Shown here: in pieces, positions 9,357 through 15,900 of the stretch | Layout of the letters: each line of letters begins with the position of its first letter | Numbering within the stretch: the stretch's first letter is position 1 | From: Polyangiaceae bacterium | Lineage (GTDB): Bacteria > Myxococcota_A > Polyangia > Polyangiales > Polyangiaceae | Direction: 5' to 3' | DNA: 26,241 nt | Assembly: GCA_044222475.1 (NCBI GenBank) | Contig: JBGANF010000113.1 | Coordinates: forward strand, 1 to 26,241 | Translations under genes and position numbers: made by a program | Notes under the pieces: model-generated | What the model was told of the DNA's origin: nothing | What the model saw: the letters and a program-made list of their open reading frames with translations, nothing else | Databases searched by the model: none

Positions 9357-10112
9357 CTACTCGGCGGGCTCCCCCTGCGGTGAAACGCTCGCCTTCGCTC
9401 GACCGCGGAACCGTATGTTGATCAGCTCGACCACGAGCGAGAACCCGATGCCGAAGTAGACGTAGCCCTTGGGGACGGACCGGCCGAGGCTTTCGGCCAC
9501 GAGGAGCACCCCGATGACTACGAGGAACGACAGTGCGAGGATCTTCAAGCTCGGGTGACGAAGGACGACCTCACCGAGGGGCTTGGCGAACGCCAGCATC
9601 CCGAGGACCGAGACGATGATCGCAATCACCATGATCCAGATCTGGTCCGGGGGGACCATTCCGACCGCGGTGATCACCGAGTCGAGCGAGAACACGAGGT
9701 CCAGCGCCACGATCTGGGCAAGAACCCAGCCCGCGCGAGCGCCGGCAGAGCGTGCTCCGGTCTCCTCGTCGTTGGGACCTTCGACTCGGCGGTAGATCTC
9801 GGTGGTCGCCTTGGCCATCAGGAAGAGCCCGCCGGCGAGAAGGATGAGATCGCGCCCCGAGACCGGTCGACCGAGGGCGTGGAAGGCCGGCTCGGTCAGC
9901 CCCATGATCCAGCGCAACGCGAAGAGCAGCGCGACCCTCATGCCGAGCGCGAGCCCGAGCCCGAGACGCGCCACCTCGTTGCGCTGCTGCGCGGGGAGGC
10001 GGGAGGTGAGGATCGAGATGAAGACGATGTTGTCGATCCCCAGCACCATCTCCATCGCGATCAGAGATACGAGCGCGATCCACGTCTCCATCGTTCCGAG
10101 CTGTTCGAGCAT
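9357..10112 (-). CDS. TerC family integral membrane protein
   Basis: MEMVLGIDNIVFISIL, GGLFLMAKATTEI, DLVFSLDSVITAVGM, HPSLKILALSFL, KGYVYFGIGFS. Confidence 0.95.
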   Translation of the reverse strand: MLEQLGTMETWIALVSLIAMEMVLGIDNIVFISILTSRLPAQQRNEVARLGLGLALGMRVALLFALRWIMGLTEPAFHALGRPVSGRDLILLAGGLFLMAKATTEIYRRVEGPNDEETGARSAGARAGWVLAQIVALDLVFSLDSVITAVGMVPPDQIWIMVIAIIVSVLGMLAFAKPLGEVVLRHPSLKILALSFLVVIGVLLVAESLGRSVPKGYVYFGIGFSLVVELINIRFRGRAKASVSPQGEPAE

Positions 10113-10127
10113 CGAGGGTCGGCGCAG

Positions 10128-10143
10128 TGCAGGAGACGTGCCG
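10128..10143 (-). promoter_or_regulatory. sigma54 -24/-12 promoter (CGGCACG-TCTC-CTGCA)
   Basis: Consensus match oriented toward the TerC ATG 10112. Confidence 0.7.
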
Positions 10144-10159
10144 CGCGATCGTCCTGACC

Positions 10160-10175
10160 TGGCATGGTGTCTGCA
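10160..10175 (+). promoter_or_regulatory. sigma54 -24/-12 promoter (TGGCATG-GTGT-CTGCA)
   Basis: Consensus match; ATG 10188 lies 14 nt after the conserved C. Confidence 0.72.
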
Positions 10176-10187
10176 ACCGTGGCTGCC

Positions 10188-10589
10188 ATGAATACTTCCC
10201 TCCTGCGTCCGCGGGTCCTCGTGGCCGAAGACGACGATGCGCTTCGAGACGTTCTCGTGGGGGTTCTCCGCGACGACGGATGCGAGGTGGTCCAGGTCGC
10301 GGACGGGCGAGAGCTGTTCTGGATCGTCGAGCGCGCCCGACGATCACGTCCTTTCGATGTCGTTCTCTCCGACATCCGAATGCCCGGCTACGACGGGCTC
10401 GACGTCGTAGCGGCGTGGGACGCGTGCGGAACGCTCCCCAAGGTCGTCTTGATGACCGCCTTTCCGGACCCCGCGACCCGACGACGCGCGAACGACATGG
10501 GCGTCGTCCTGCTCGAGAAACCGTTCTCGCTAGGCTTGCTCGAGGCGCTCGTTCGCGAGCTGGGCGACAAGGCGTCGCGAGCCCACTAG
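10188..10589 (+). CDS. Single-domain response regulator (receiver)
   Basis: VLVAEDD, DVVLSDIRMPG (phospho-Asp), LMTAF, EKPF. Start placed at 10188 because the ORF-track start at 10164 lies inside the promoter. Confidence 0.92.
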   Translation: MNTSLLRPRVLVAEDDDALRDVLVGVLRDDGCEVVQVADGRELFWIVERARRSRPFDVVLSDIRMPGYDGLDVVAAWDACGTLPKVVLMTAFPDPATRRRANDMGVVLLEKPFSLGLLEALVRELGDKASRAH

Positions 10590-10642
10590 CAACTAGTAAA
10601 GGTTTGGAGACCCGCGGTCGGTGGCGTACACAGCGTCCGTCG

Positions 10643-10820
10643 ATGCGTCGCTTGACTGTCCTTCTGGCCGTGCTGTCGATCTCGGGCCGCGCGCGCGCTC
10701 AACAGGCGATCATCTCGATGCCCTCGGCGGACGTGACGCCCAAGGGCGAGCTCTTCGTGATGCACGAGACCCAACGAAAACAAGATGGCGCTGATCGGTG
10801 AGGTCGGCCTCTTCTTCTGA
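10643..10820 (+). pseudogene. Internally deleted remnant of a secreted/outer-membrane protein gene
   Basis: Signal peptide MRRLTVLLAVLSISGRARA|QQAIISMPSADVTPKGELFVMHETQ is joined out of frame to PNENKMALIGEVGLFF-stop, a beta-barrel-like C-terminus. Confidence 0.55.
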
Positions 10821-10827
10821 TCCCGGC

Positions 10828-11172
10828 TCACTTCACTTCGACGACGCGGCGATCGACGACGTTGTGCGCTTGTCTCGGCCAGCCACCATGCAGCCGCACC
10901 TCGTAGGTGCCTGGCTCGACGTGATTGATCCGAGTTGCGGAGGAACCGCGGCCCAGATGGCGCACGTGCTTCGCCGCGTCGTCGGACGATCCGACGGGCG
11001 CCAGCGCTACCCAGTACTGATCGAGAGCGTCGCTCTCTTCCGGTGTCTTCACCGCGACGTAGACCGCACCTTCGGACTCCGGATCCGCGGCGGTGATCTT
11101 TGGCTCGGTGCGGCCGCAGCCGAGCGAGGAGAGGCCGACGACGATGGCAAGCGCAGCGAGGATGGTTCTCAT
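10828..11172 (-). CDS. Small lipoprotein with an Ig-like beta-sandwich, function unknown
   Basis: Lipobox SLG|C; YWVALAPVG and EPGTYEVRLH. Confidence 0.75.
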   Translation of the reverse strand: MRTILAALAIVVGLSSLGCGRTEPKITAADPESEGAVYVAVKTPEESDALDQYWVALAPVGSSDDAAKHVRHLGRGSSATRINHVEPGTYEVRLHGGWPRQAHNVVDRRVVEVK

Positions 11173-11184
11173 GCCGTTCTCGAA

Positions 11185-11200
11185 TGCACGCACGATGCCA
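11185..11200 (-). promoter_or_regulatory. sigma54 -24/-12 promoter (TGGCATC-GTGC-GTGCA)
   Basis: Consensus match; ATG 11172 lies 14 nt after the conserved C. Confidence 0.7.
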
Positions 11201-11215
11201 CCTCCACCGAAAGCC

Positions 11216-11677
11216 TCACCCACCGATCCGCTCGAAGAGGGCGCGTGAGGGCCTCAGGAATCTCCAGATGTCGGCGTGGGCTACGGCGTAGGCGACGTGC
11301 TCGACGCGAAGCGGCGGCTGAATGGTCACCCAGCCCGCGTCCGCGATGGCGTCGAGCTCGTCTTCGTCGAGCCCCTCGTCGAGGACCACGACGAGGGTGC
11401 CGCGGAGCGAGGAGCGACACCGCAACAGCATCGGCATCCACTCCCCGTCGGCGAAGCTCGAGCCGACGACGATCACCCCCGCAGTAGCCCCGATCCCCTC
11501 GGCGATCACCGCGAGCGCGAAGTCGAATGCCCCGGCTTCTTCGGTGGTCACGAGCTGGTGCCCGTCGGACGTGAGTCGAGATCGGAGCTCCTCCAAGAGC
11601 TGACATGGAGGGAGTGCGAGCACGACCCTTCGCTTCGTGCTCGCGTGGTCGAACTTGAGCTTGGATGAAGTCCCCAT
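11216..11677 (-). CDS. Atypical (pseudo-)receiver domain protein
   Basis: CheY-like spacing (RVVLA..LRSRLTSDGHQLV..VIVVGSSFADG..TLVVVL..IQPPL) without the acidic pair, the phospho-Asp or the Lys. Confidence 0.6.
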   Translation of the reverse strand: MGTSSKLKFDHASTKRRVVLALPPCQLLEELRSRLTSDGHQLVTTEEAGAFDFALAVIAEGIGATAGVIVVGSSFADGEWMPMLLRCRSSLRGTLVVVLDEGLDEDELDAIADAGWVTIQPPLRVEHVAYAVAHADIWRFLRPSRALFERIGG

Positions 11678-11689
11678 GAGCTTCTGCAC

Positions 11690-11705
11690 TGCACGAATCG
11701 AGCCG
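11690..11705 (-). promoter_or_regulatory. sigma54 -24/-12 promoter (CGGCTCG-ATTC-GTGCA)
   Basis: GG-N10-GC; ATG 11677 lies 14 nt after the conserved C. Confidence 0.6.
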
Positions 11706-11824
11706 CGGCGGCTTGGAGCGTGTTGCACGCGAAGCAGTTGGCCGCGAGGGATCCGTCGCCGTGGAGAACGCGACACCGTTGCAATGTGCAACGGACTTCG
11801 AGAGGGAATGCGCGGCCAGGCGCG

Positions 11825-11840
11825 TGGCACGCCAACTGCA
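11825..11840 (+). promoter_or_regulatory. sigma54 -24/-12 promoter (TGGCACG-CCAA-CTGCA)
   Basis: Near-perfect consensus upstream of SD GGAGG and ATG 11866. Confidence 0.8.
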
Positions 11841-11865
11841 GACGTCCACACCGGAGGCGACGACC

Positions 11866-12384
11866 ATGAGCCAAGATACGAACGACCTCGAGTGGGACGA
11901 CGAAGAAGCAGTCACATCGCCGCGCATCGGTTTGGGATCCGCAAGGGTTCTCGTTGCCGATGACGACGAGGAGATGAGGTCGGCGGTGACGACCACCCTC
12001 GTGGACGAAGGCTTCGCCGTTTCCGAGGCGGGGTCGGCCTCGGACGTTTTCCGGATTCTCCAACAAGCGAGCGACGAGTCGTGGCCCGAAGAAGGCTTGG
12101 ATCTCCTCGTGCTCGACCATCGGATGCCGGGGACGACGGGGCTCGAGGTCCTCACCCTCCTCCGTTCGGCGGAGTGGGACACGCCAGCCATCTTGATGAC
12201 CGGATTCGCGGACTCCCGCGTGGTCGAGGAGGCTGCCCGCCTCGGCGTGAAGGTCCTCAGCAAACCCTTCCGCGCCGAAGAGCTGACCCGCTCTGCGATC
12301 GCGCTGCTCCTCGCGAAGAGTGCTGCGTCGAAGCAACCGGGCTCGTCGTGGAGACTGTCCGATGGGGGGCCGCGCCGTGCGTAG
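11866..12384 (+). CDS. Single-domain response regulator (receiver) with acidic N-terminal extension
   Basis: SD GGAGG; VLVADDD, DLLVLDHRMPG, LMTGF, SKPF. Confidence 0.92.
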   Translation: MSQDTNDLEWDDEEAVTSPRIGLGSARVLVADDDEEMRSAVTTTLVDEGFAVSEAGSASDVFRILQQASDESWPEEGLDLLVLDHRMPGTTGLEVLTLLRSAEWDTPAILMTGFADSRVVEEAARLGVKVLSKPFRAEELTRSAIALLLAKSAASKQPGSSWRLSDGGPRRA

Positions 12385-12469
12385 CATCGTCCTCCCTTTC
12401 CTCGTCGTCCACGCCGTCGCGGCGACTACCTTCGGCGCAGCTCTGGGGCTCCTCTTGGCGGTGGACTGA
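12377..12469 (+). CDS. Possible 30-aa single-TM small protein
   Basis: GTG overlapping the receiver's end gives MRSIVLPFLVVHAVAATTFGAALGLLLAVD; below the ORF-track cutoff. Confidence 0.3.
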   Translation: MRSIVLPFLVVHAVAATTFGAALGLLLAVD

Positions 12470-12505
12470 CGATGCGGTGCGCCGGCCGCGCGGGATCGTG
12501 AACGG

Positions 12506-12859
12506 CTACTTCTGCGCCGCGGCGGCGACGAGCGACTCGATCGTCGGTCGAGGCATGGGCCTCCACGGCTCTCCACGATCGATCAGCCGACTCGTGATCG
12601 GATCGAACGGAAGGTTCGCTTCCATCGGGTAGTAGCGGTTGTGCGCGTCGACGAGCTTCAGGATCTCGACCAACCGCGCCTCGGCTTCGTCCCTGCGGCC
12701 GGCCCGCGCGTGGGCCACGAGGATCGCGCTCAGGTCCTCGATTCGTTTGAGGCGGCGTGACCACGCCGGCGCTCCGATGGCCATCGCGTGAACGCGCTCG
12801 GCCGTGGTGATGGTGAAGTTCCGCGGCGGCGAGGAAGAGTCGCTCGAATCGTCGGTCAT
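12506..12859 (-). CDS. Hypothetical protein
   Basis: Typical codon usage; globular-looking sequence with HNRYYPMEANLPFDP. Confidence 0.75.
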   Translation of the reverse strand: MTDDSSDSSSPPRNFTITTAERVHAMAIGAPAWSRRLKRIEDLSAILVAHARAGRRDEAEARLVEILKLVDAHNRYYPMEANLPFDPITSRLIDRGEPWRPMPRPTIESLVAAAAQK

Positions 12860-12908
12860 CGGAGTGCCCGCTCCATTTAGTTGAGGCCGCGCGAGCCCGA
12901 TTTCAAGA

Positions 12909-13727
12909 TCACTTGATGGCGATCACCGGGTGGGCCCCCGGCTCGACCGAGCAGTCGTACTTCTGCCTCTTGTCTTCCCACTGCGCGAAGCACGAGAACG
13001 TGATCTTCGTCGCCGCGAGCTTCGGCGCTGGGCAGTCCTTTCCGCGCTGATCGGCGGTGGGGATCACGCTTCCCGGCGCGAGCTCGAGCGCGGCCGCGTG
13101 CTCGCACAGCGTGATCGCCGCGCCGGGTTCGATCGTCTTTCCGTCCCAGCGCTCGTCGTACGACGTCACCCATACGCGCCACGCGCGGGCGAACTGTCGG
13201 GTGAGCGAGATCGACGTCCGCTGGCGAGTCGGCCTCGTGGGCTCCGGGAGGAGCTTCCCGAGCTCGCGCGGCTGAACCTTCGACCAGTCGATGGGCGCCG
13301 CCGGGTCGTTCACGATCGCGACGGTCCCGAGTGCCGCGTCCGGCGCGATGTCGTTTCGGAAGAGCCGAAAGAACACCGCCGGCGGCCCGCCCGGGATGCG
13401 CATCGTCTTGATGATGCGATCGGCGATCGCAGGGGGGAGCGCGTCCCCTTCCTCGTTGAAGCGGCCGGTGAGCACTGCGCTCCGCATCACCTTGTCGCCC
13501 GGCTTCCCGGCGTCGCGTCCCTCGTCGATCGCCGTCAAGTTCGCCTCGATCGGCTCGTCGCCGCCGCCCCAGATCAACGCCGCGCGATCGCTCCAAGTCT
13601 CCGGGCGCGGAGCGGATGCCGACGCGGACGCGGACGGGATCGGCATGGGATCCGATCGACAACCGACGAGAGCTGCCGCGAGGGCGCTGAGGCCTACGCT
13701 GAGGAGGACGGTACTCTGGCGCATCAC
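12909..13727 (-). CDS. Hypothetical lipoprotein
   Basis: Lipobox LVG|C, Ser/Ala linker, Cys-containing C-terminal part; GTGA overlap with the upstream gene. Confidence 0.8.
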   Translation of the reverse strand: MMRQSTVLLSVGLSALAAALVGCRSDPMPIPSASASASAPRPETWSDRAALIWGGGDEPIEANLTAIDEGRDAGKPGDKVMRSAVLTGRFNEEGDALPPAIADRIIKTMRIPGGPPAVFFRLFRNDIAPDAALGTVAIVNDPAAPIDWSKVQPRELGKLLPEPTRPTRQRTSISLTRQFARAWRVWVTSYDERWDGKTIEPGAAITLCEHAAALELAPGSVIPTADQRGKDCPAPKLAATKITFSCFAQWEDKRQKYDCSVEPGAHPVIAIK

Positions 13728-14545
13728 GTTCCCTTCTTAGCGTCTGTCCCGTCGCTGCGCGACAGCTCGTCTTCGATCTCCGCGGCTTCGGCCTCGGCTT
13801 GGGCGTCGGGCGCACCCCCGTCCCGGTATGCCCCAATGCGAAGGTGCGGTTGCGCACGTCGCTCGATCGACTCGAGGATGCGCCGCTGGAGCTTCACCGC
13901 GAGGGCGCTGGCTGCTCGAATCCGCTCGGACTCCGCCGACTCTGCCGCGCGCGCGCCGACGCCCCCGTCGCCGAGCCACGTGATCGTCAATCCGCGGGGG
14001 CCGATCGCGATCGACCGTACGTCGCGTGCGACCAAGACGAACGCCATCAGATCGGCGCGTAGCTCGTCGTCGACGACGTCGCGCGCCAGGTCGTCGTCGA
14101 CGTCGATCTCCCAAGCCTTGGCGAGCTCTTTCGCTCCCGGCGGCCCGGACGAATCCATCGCGTCGGCGATTGCGCGGGCCGCGCCCTTCGCAGTGCACGA
14201 AAAGCGAGGGGTCGCGCCTCGCAACCCCACCGTCACCGAGAGCTCCGCACCGATCCCGCTCTTGAACCCCGAGCGAACGTAGAGCGGGCTCGCGCTCGGC
14301 GAAAACGTCGCACGCACCTCGAGCGCCTCTCCTCCTAGCGTTCCCTCGACGGCCGCCGAACCATGTCCGGCGCTCGTCGTGGTGGGGCCTTCGAAGAGGC
14401 TCGCCGTCATCCGCTGCAGCGCCGGCAGCGCCGAGGGCCCGAGCCGGCGCAGGTACTTCTTTCTCGACTCGAAGATCGCGAACGGAACGCCGAGCGAGAT
14501 GGCGCACACGACGATGATGAGGGGCACGAGGACGAGGAGATTCAC
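13724..14545 (-). CDS. Hypothetical protein with N-terminal TM anchor
   Basis: GTG 14545 overlaps the upstream TGA; MNLLVLVPLIIVVCAISLGVPFAIF followed by SRKK. Confidence 0.78.
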   Translation of the reverse strand: MNLLVLVPLIIVVCAISLGVPFAIFESRKKYLRRLGPSALPALQRMTASLFEGPTTTSAGHGSAAVEGTLGGEALEVRATFSPSASPLYVRSGFKSGIGAELSVTVGLRGATPRFSCTAKGAARAIADAMDSSGPPGAKELAKAWEIDVDDDLARDVVDDELRADLMAFVLVARDVRSIAIGPRGLTITWLGDGGVGARAAESAESERIRAASALAVKLQRRILESIERRAQPHLRIGAYRDGGAPDAQAEAEAAEIEDELSRSDGTDAKKGT

Positions 14546-15168
14546 CCGAACGGCCACCAGCCCTTCTTCTTGGGCGGCTCTTGCTCGGGTGACGGCGGCC
14601 GCTCGGCGGCGGGCTGCACCGGCTCCCGAGTGACGAGCGCTGCGAAGACTGCGGGTGTGACCTCGAGCTGGAAGTGCTTCGGGCCTTCTTCGTTCGCGGT
14701 CAGGAAGGGGAGGTTCATCTCCGTGCGAGGCTTGTGCGCGAGCTCTTGGCACGCCTTCATGTACGCCTCGGCGAGGCGCGACAACGCGGTCGCCTCCTGG
14801 GTGCACTTCGTCCCGTTCTTCGCGTCGAAGTCGGCGGCGAGCGCGAGGGTGACGCGCGCGATGCCGTCGCTCTGACCCAGCGTTCCGAGGTGGTCGCGTG
14901 CGGCGCTGCACAGCGCGTCGTACGGCTTCACGTTCGCCTTCAGGTGCTCCGCCAGCGCCAGCATGAAGCGCTTTCGCCGCTCGACCGCCTCGTCGAGGAG
15001 CTTCTCGAGCGGAGTGCTCGAAAGCGCGCCGGCATCTTGCGCGAGGGACGCTCCAGCGGCGTCGACTCGAAGCGTCGCGTTGCAGTACGCGCACGACACG
15101 AACTGTTGGCCCGCGGCCTGGAGCGGCAGGGGCGCGCCGCATTTCGCGCACACCAGAGCGGTGGTCAT
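14542..15168 (-). CDS. Zinc-ribbon protein with a DnaK/Hsp70 NBD subdomain-IIB-like segment
   Basis: CAKC..CAYC at the N-terminus; TEMNLPFLTANEEGPKHFQLEVT; C-terminal KKKGWWPFG; ATGA overlap with the phaR stop. Confidence 0.8.
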   Translation of the reverse strand: MTTALVCAKCGAPLPLQAAGQQFVSCAYCNATLRVDAAGASLAQDAGALSSTPLEKLLDEAVERRKRFMLALAEHLKANVKPYDALCSAARDHLGTLGQSDGIARVTLALAADFDAKNGTKCTQEATALSRLAEAYMKACQELAHKPRTEMNLPFLTANEEGPKHFQLEVTPAVFAALVTREPVQPAAERPPSPEQEPPKKKGWWPFG

Positions 15169-15779
15169 TTCCGCTTCTTCGCCCGAGAGGAGCCCGCCTT
15201 CAAGGACTTCTTCAGCTCCTCGAGCTCGCGGCGGAGGTCCGCGACGCTGTCCTGCGGCGGGGGCGGCGGAGCGCTCGACGGCGGCGGCAACGGAGACGTC
15301 GGCGCGGGCATCGTCTGGCTTGCGCTGGCGCCGGCACCGGCACCGCGGTCGTAGATCCCGAGCGCCATCCGCGCGAGCGCGCCGGTCGCGTTGAACGGCA
15401 TCTGCGCGAACGGGTTCCAGCTCGACGAAGCCTGCTGCTTCATCTGGAAATACATCTCGAGCGCCCACGTCATGTAGCGGCCGAAGAACTCGGCGATGGC
15501 GTCGTCTCCCATGCGGACGATCTGCATGAGGAGCGGCACCGGCAAGAGGTACGCGCGCCGGGTCTCCACCAGCAGCTGGACGAGCGTCGGCTGGGTCAGG
15601 TCCTCGTCGGTCTTCGCGTCGAGCACCCGGATGTCCCGCCCCGCGCGGATGCGGACGACGAGCTCCTCCATGGTGATGTACCGGCTCTCCTCCGTGTCGT
15701 AGAGACGCCGGTTCGCGTACTTCTTCACCGTCAGCGTCTTCGAGGGGGCGGCCACGGACAGAGGTGTATCCGGCCCCAT
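15165..15779 (-). CDS. phaR: Polyhydroxyalkanoate synthesis repressor PhaR
   Basis: VKKYANRRLYDTEESRYIT..VLDAKTDEDLT..L.QL DNA-binding domain; LPVPLLMQIVRMG; C-terminal VADLRRELEELKKSL. Start at 15779 (alternative 15794). Confidence 0.92.
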   Translation of the reverse strand: MGPDTPLSVAAPSKTLTVKKYANRRLYDTEESRYITMEELVVRIRAGRDIRVLDAKTDEDLTQPTLVQLLVETRRAYLLPVPLLMQIVRMGDDAIAEFFGRYMTWALEMYFQMKQQASSSWNPFAQMPFNATGALARMALGIYDRGAGAGASASQTMPAPTSPLPPPSSAPPPPPQDSVADLRRELEELKKSLKAGSSRAKKRK

Positions 15780-15781
15780 GT

Positions 15782-15883
15782 CGCCCTGCAACATGGTTTC
15801 ATGTTGCTCTGCACAAAACTTCCTTGACACCCCTATTTCTAGGGGTAAGTTGCGCTCCCCAGCCGCGGTGGTGCGGTGCAACA
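15782..15883. promoter_or_regulatory. Divergent control region: candidate PhaR boxes, sigma70-type promoter and two palindromes
   Basis: (T/C)GC-N3-GCA repeats at 15782, 15805 and 15872; TTGACA 15824-15829, N16, TAAGTT 15846-15851; inverted repeats at 15788-15807 and 15829-15846. Confidence 0.65.
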
Positions 15884-15900
15884 AAAGACCGGAGAGCTCG

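Noticed and set aside
9357..10112. Tellurite-resistance (ter) operon
   Set aside because: Lone TerC-family gene with no other ter genes; family membership does not imply that function.
14635..14832. A dnaK gene or pseudogene
   Set aside because: Only subdomain IIB-like sequence is present, inside an intact coupled ORF with unrelated flanks; no other Hsp70 motifs were seen nearby.
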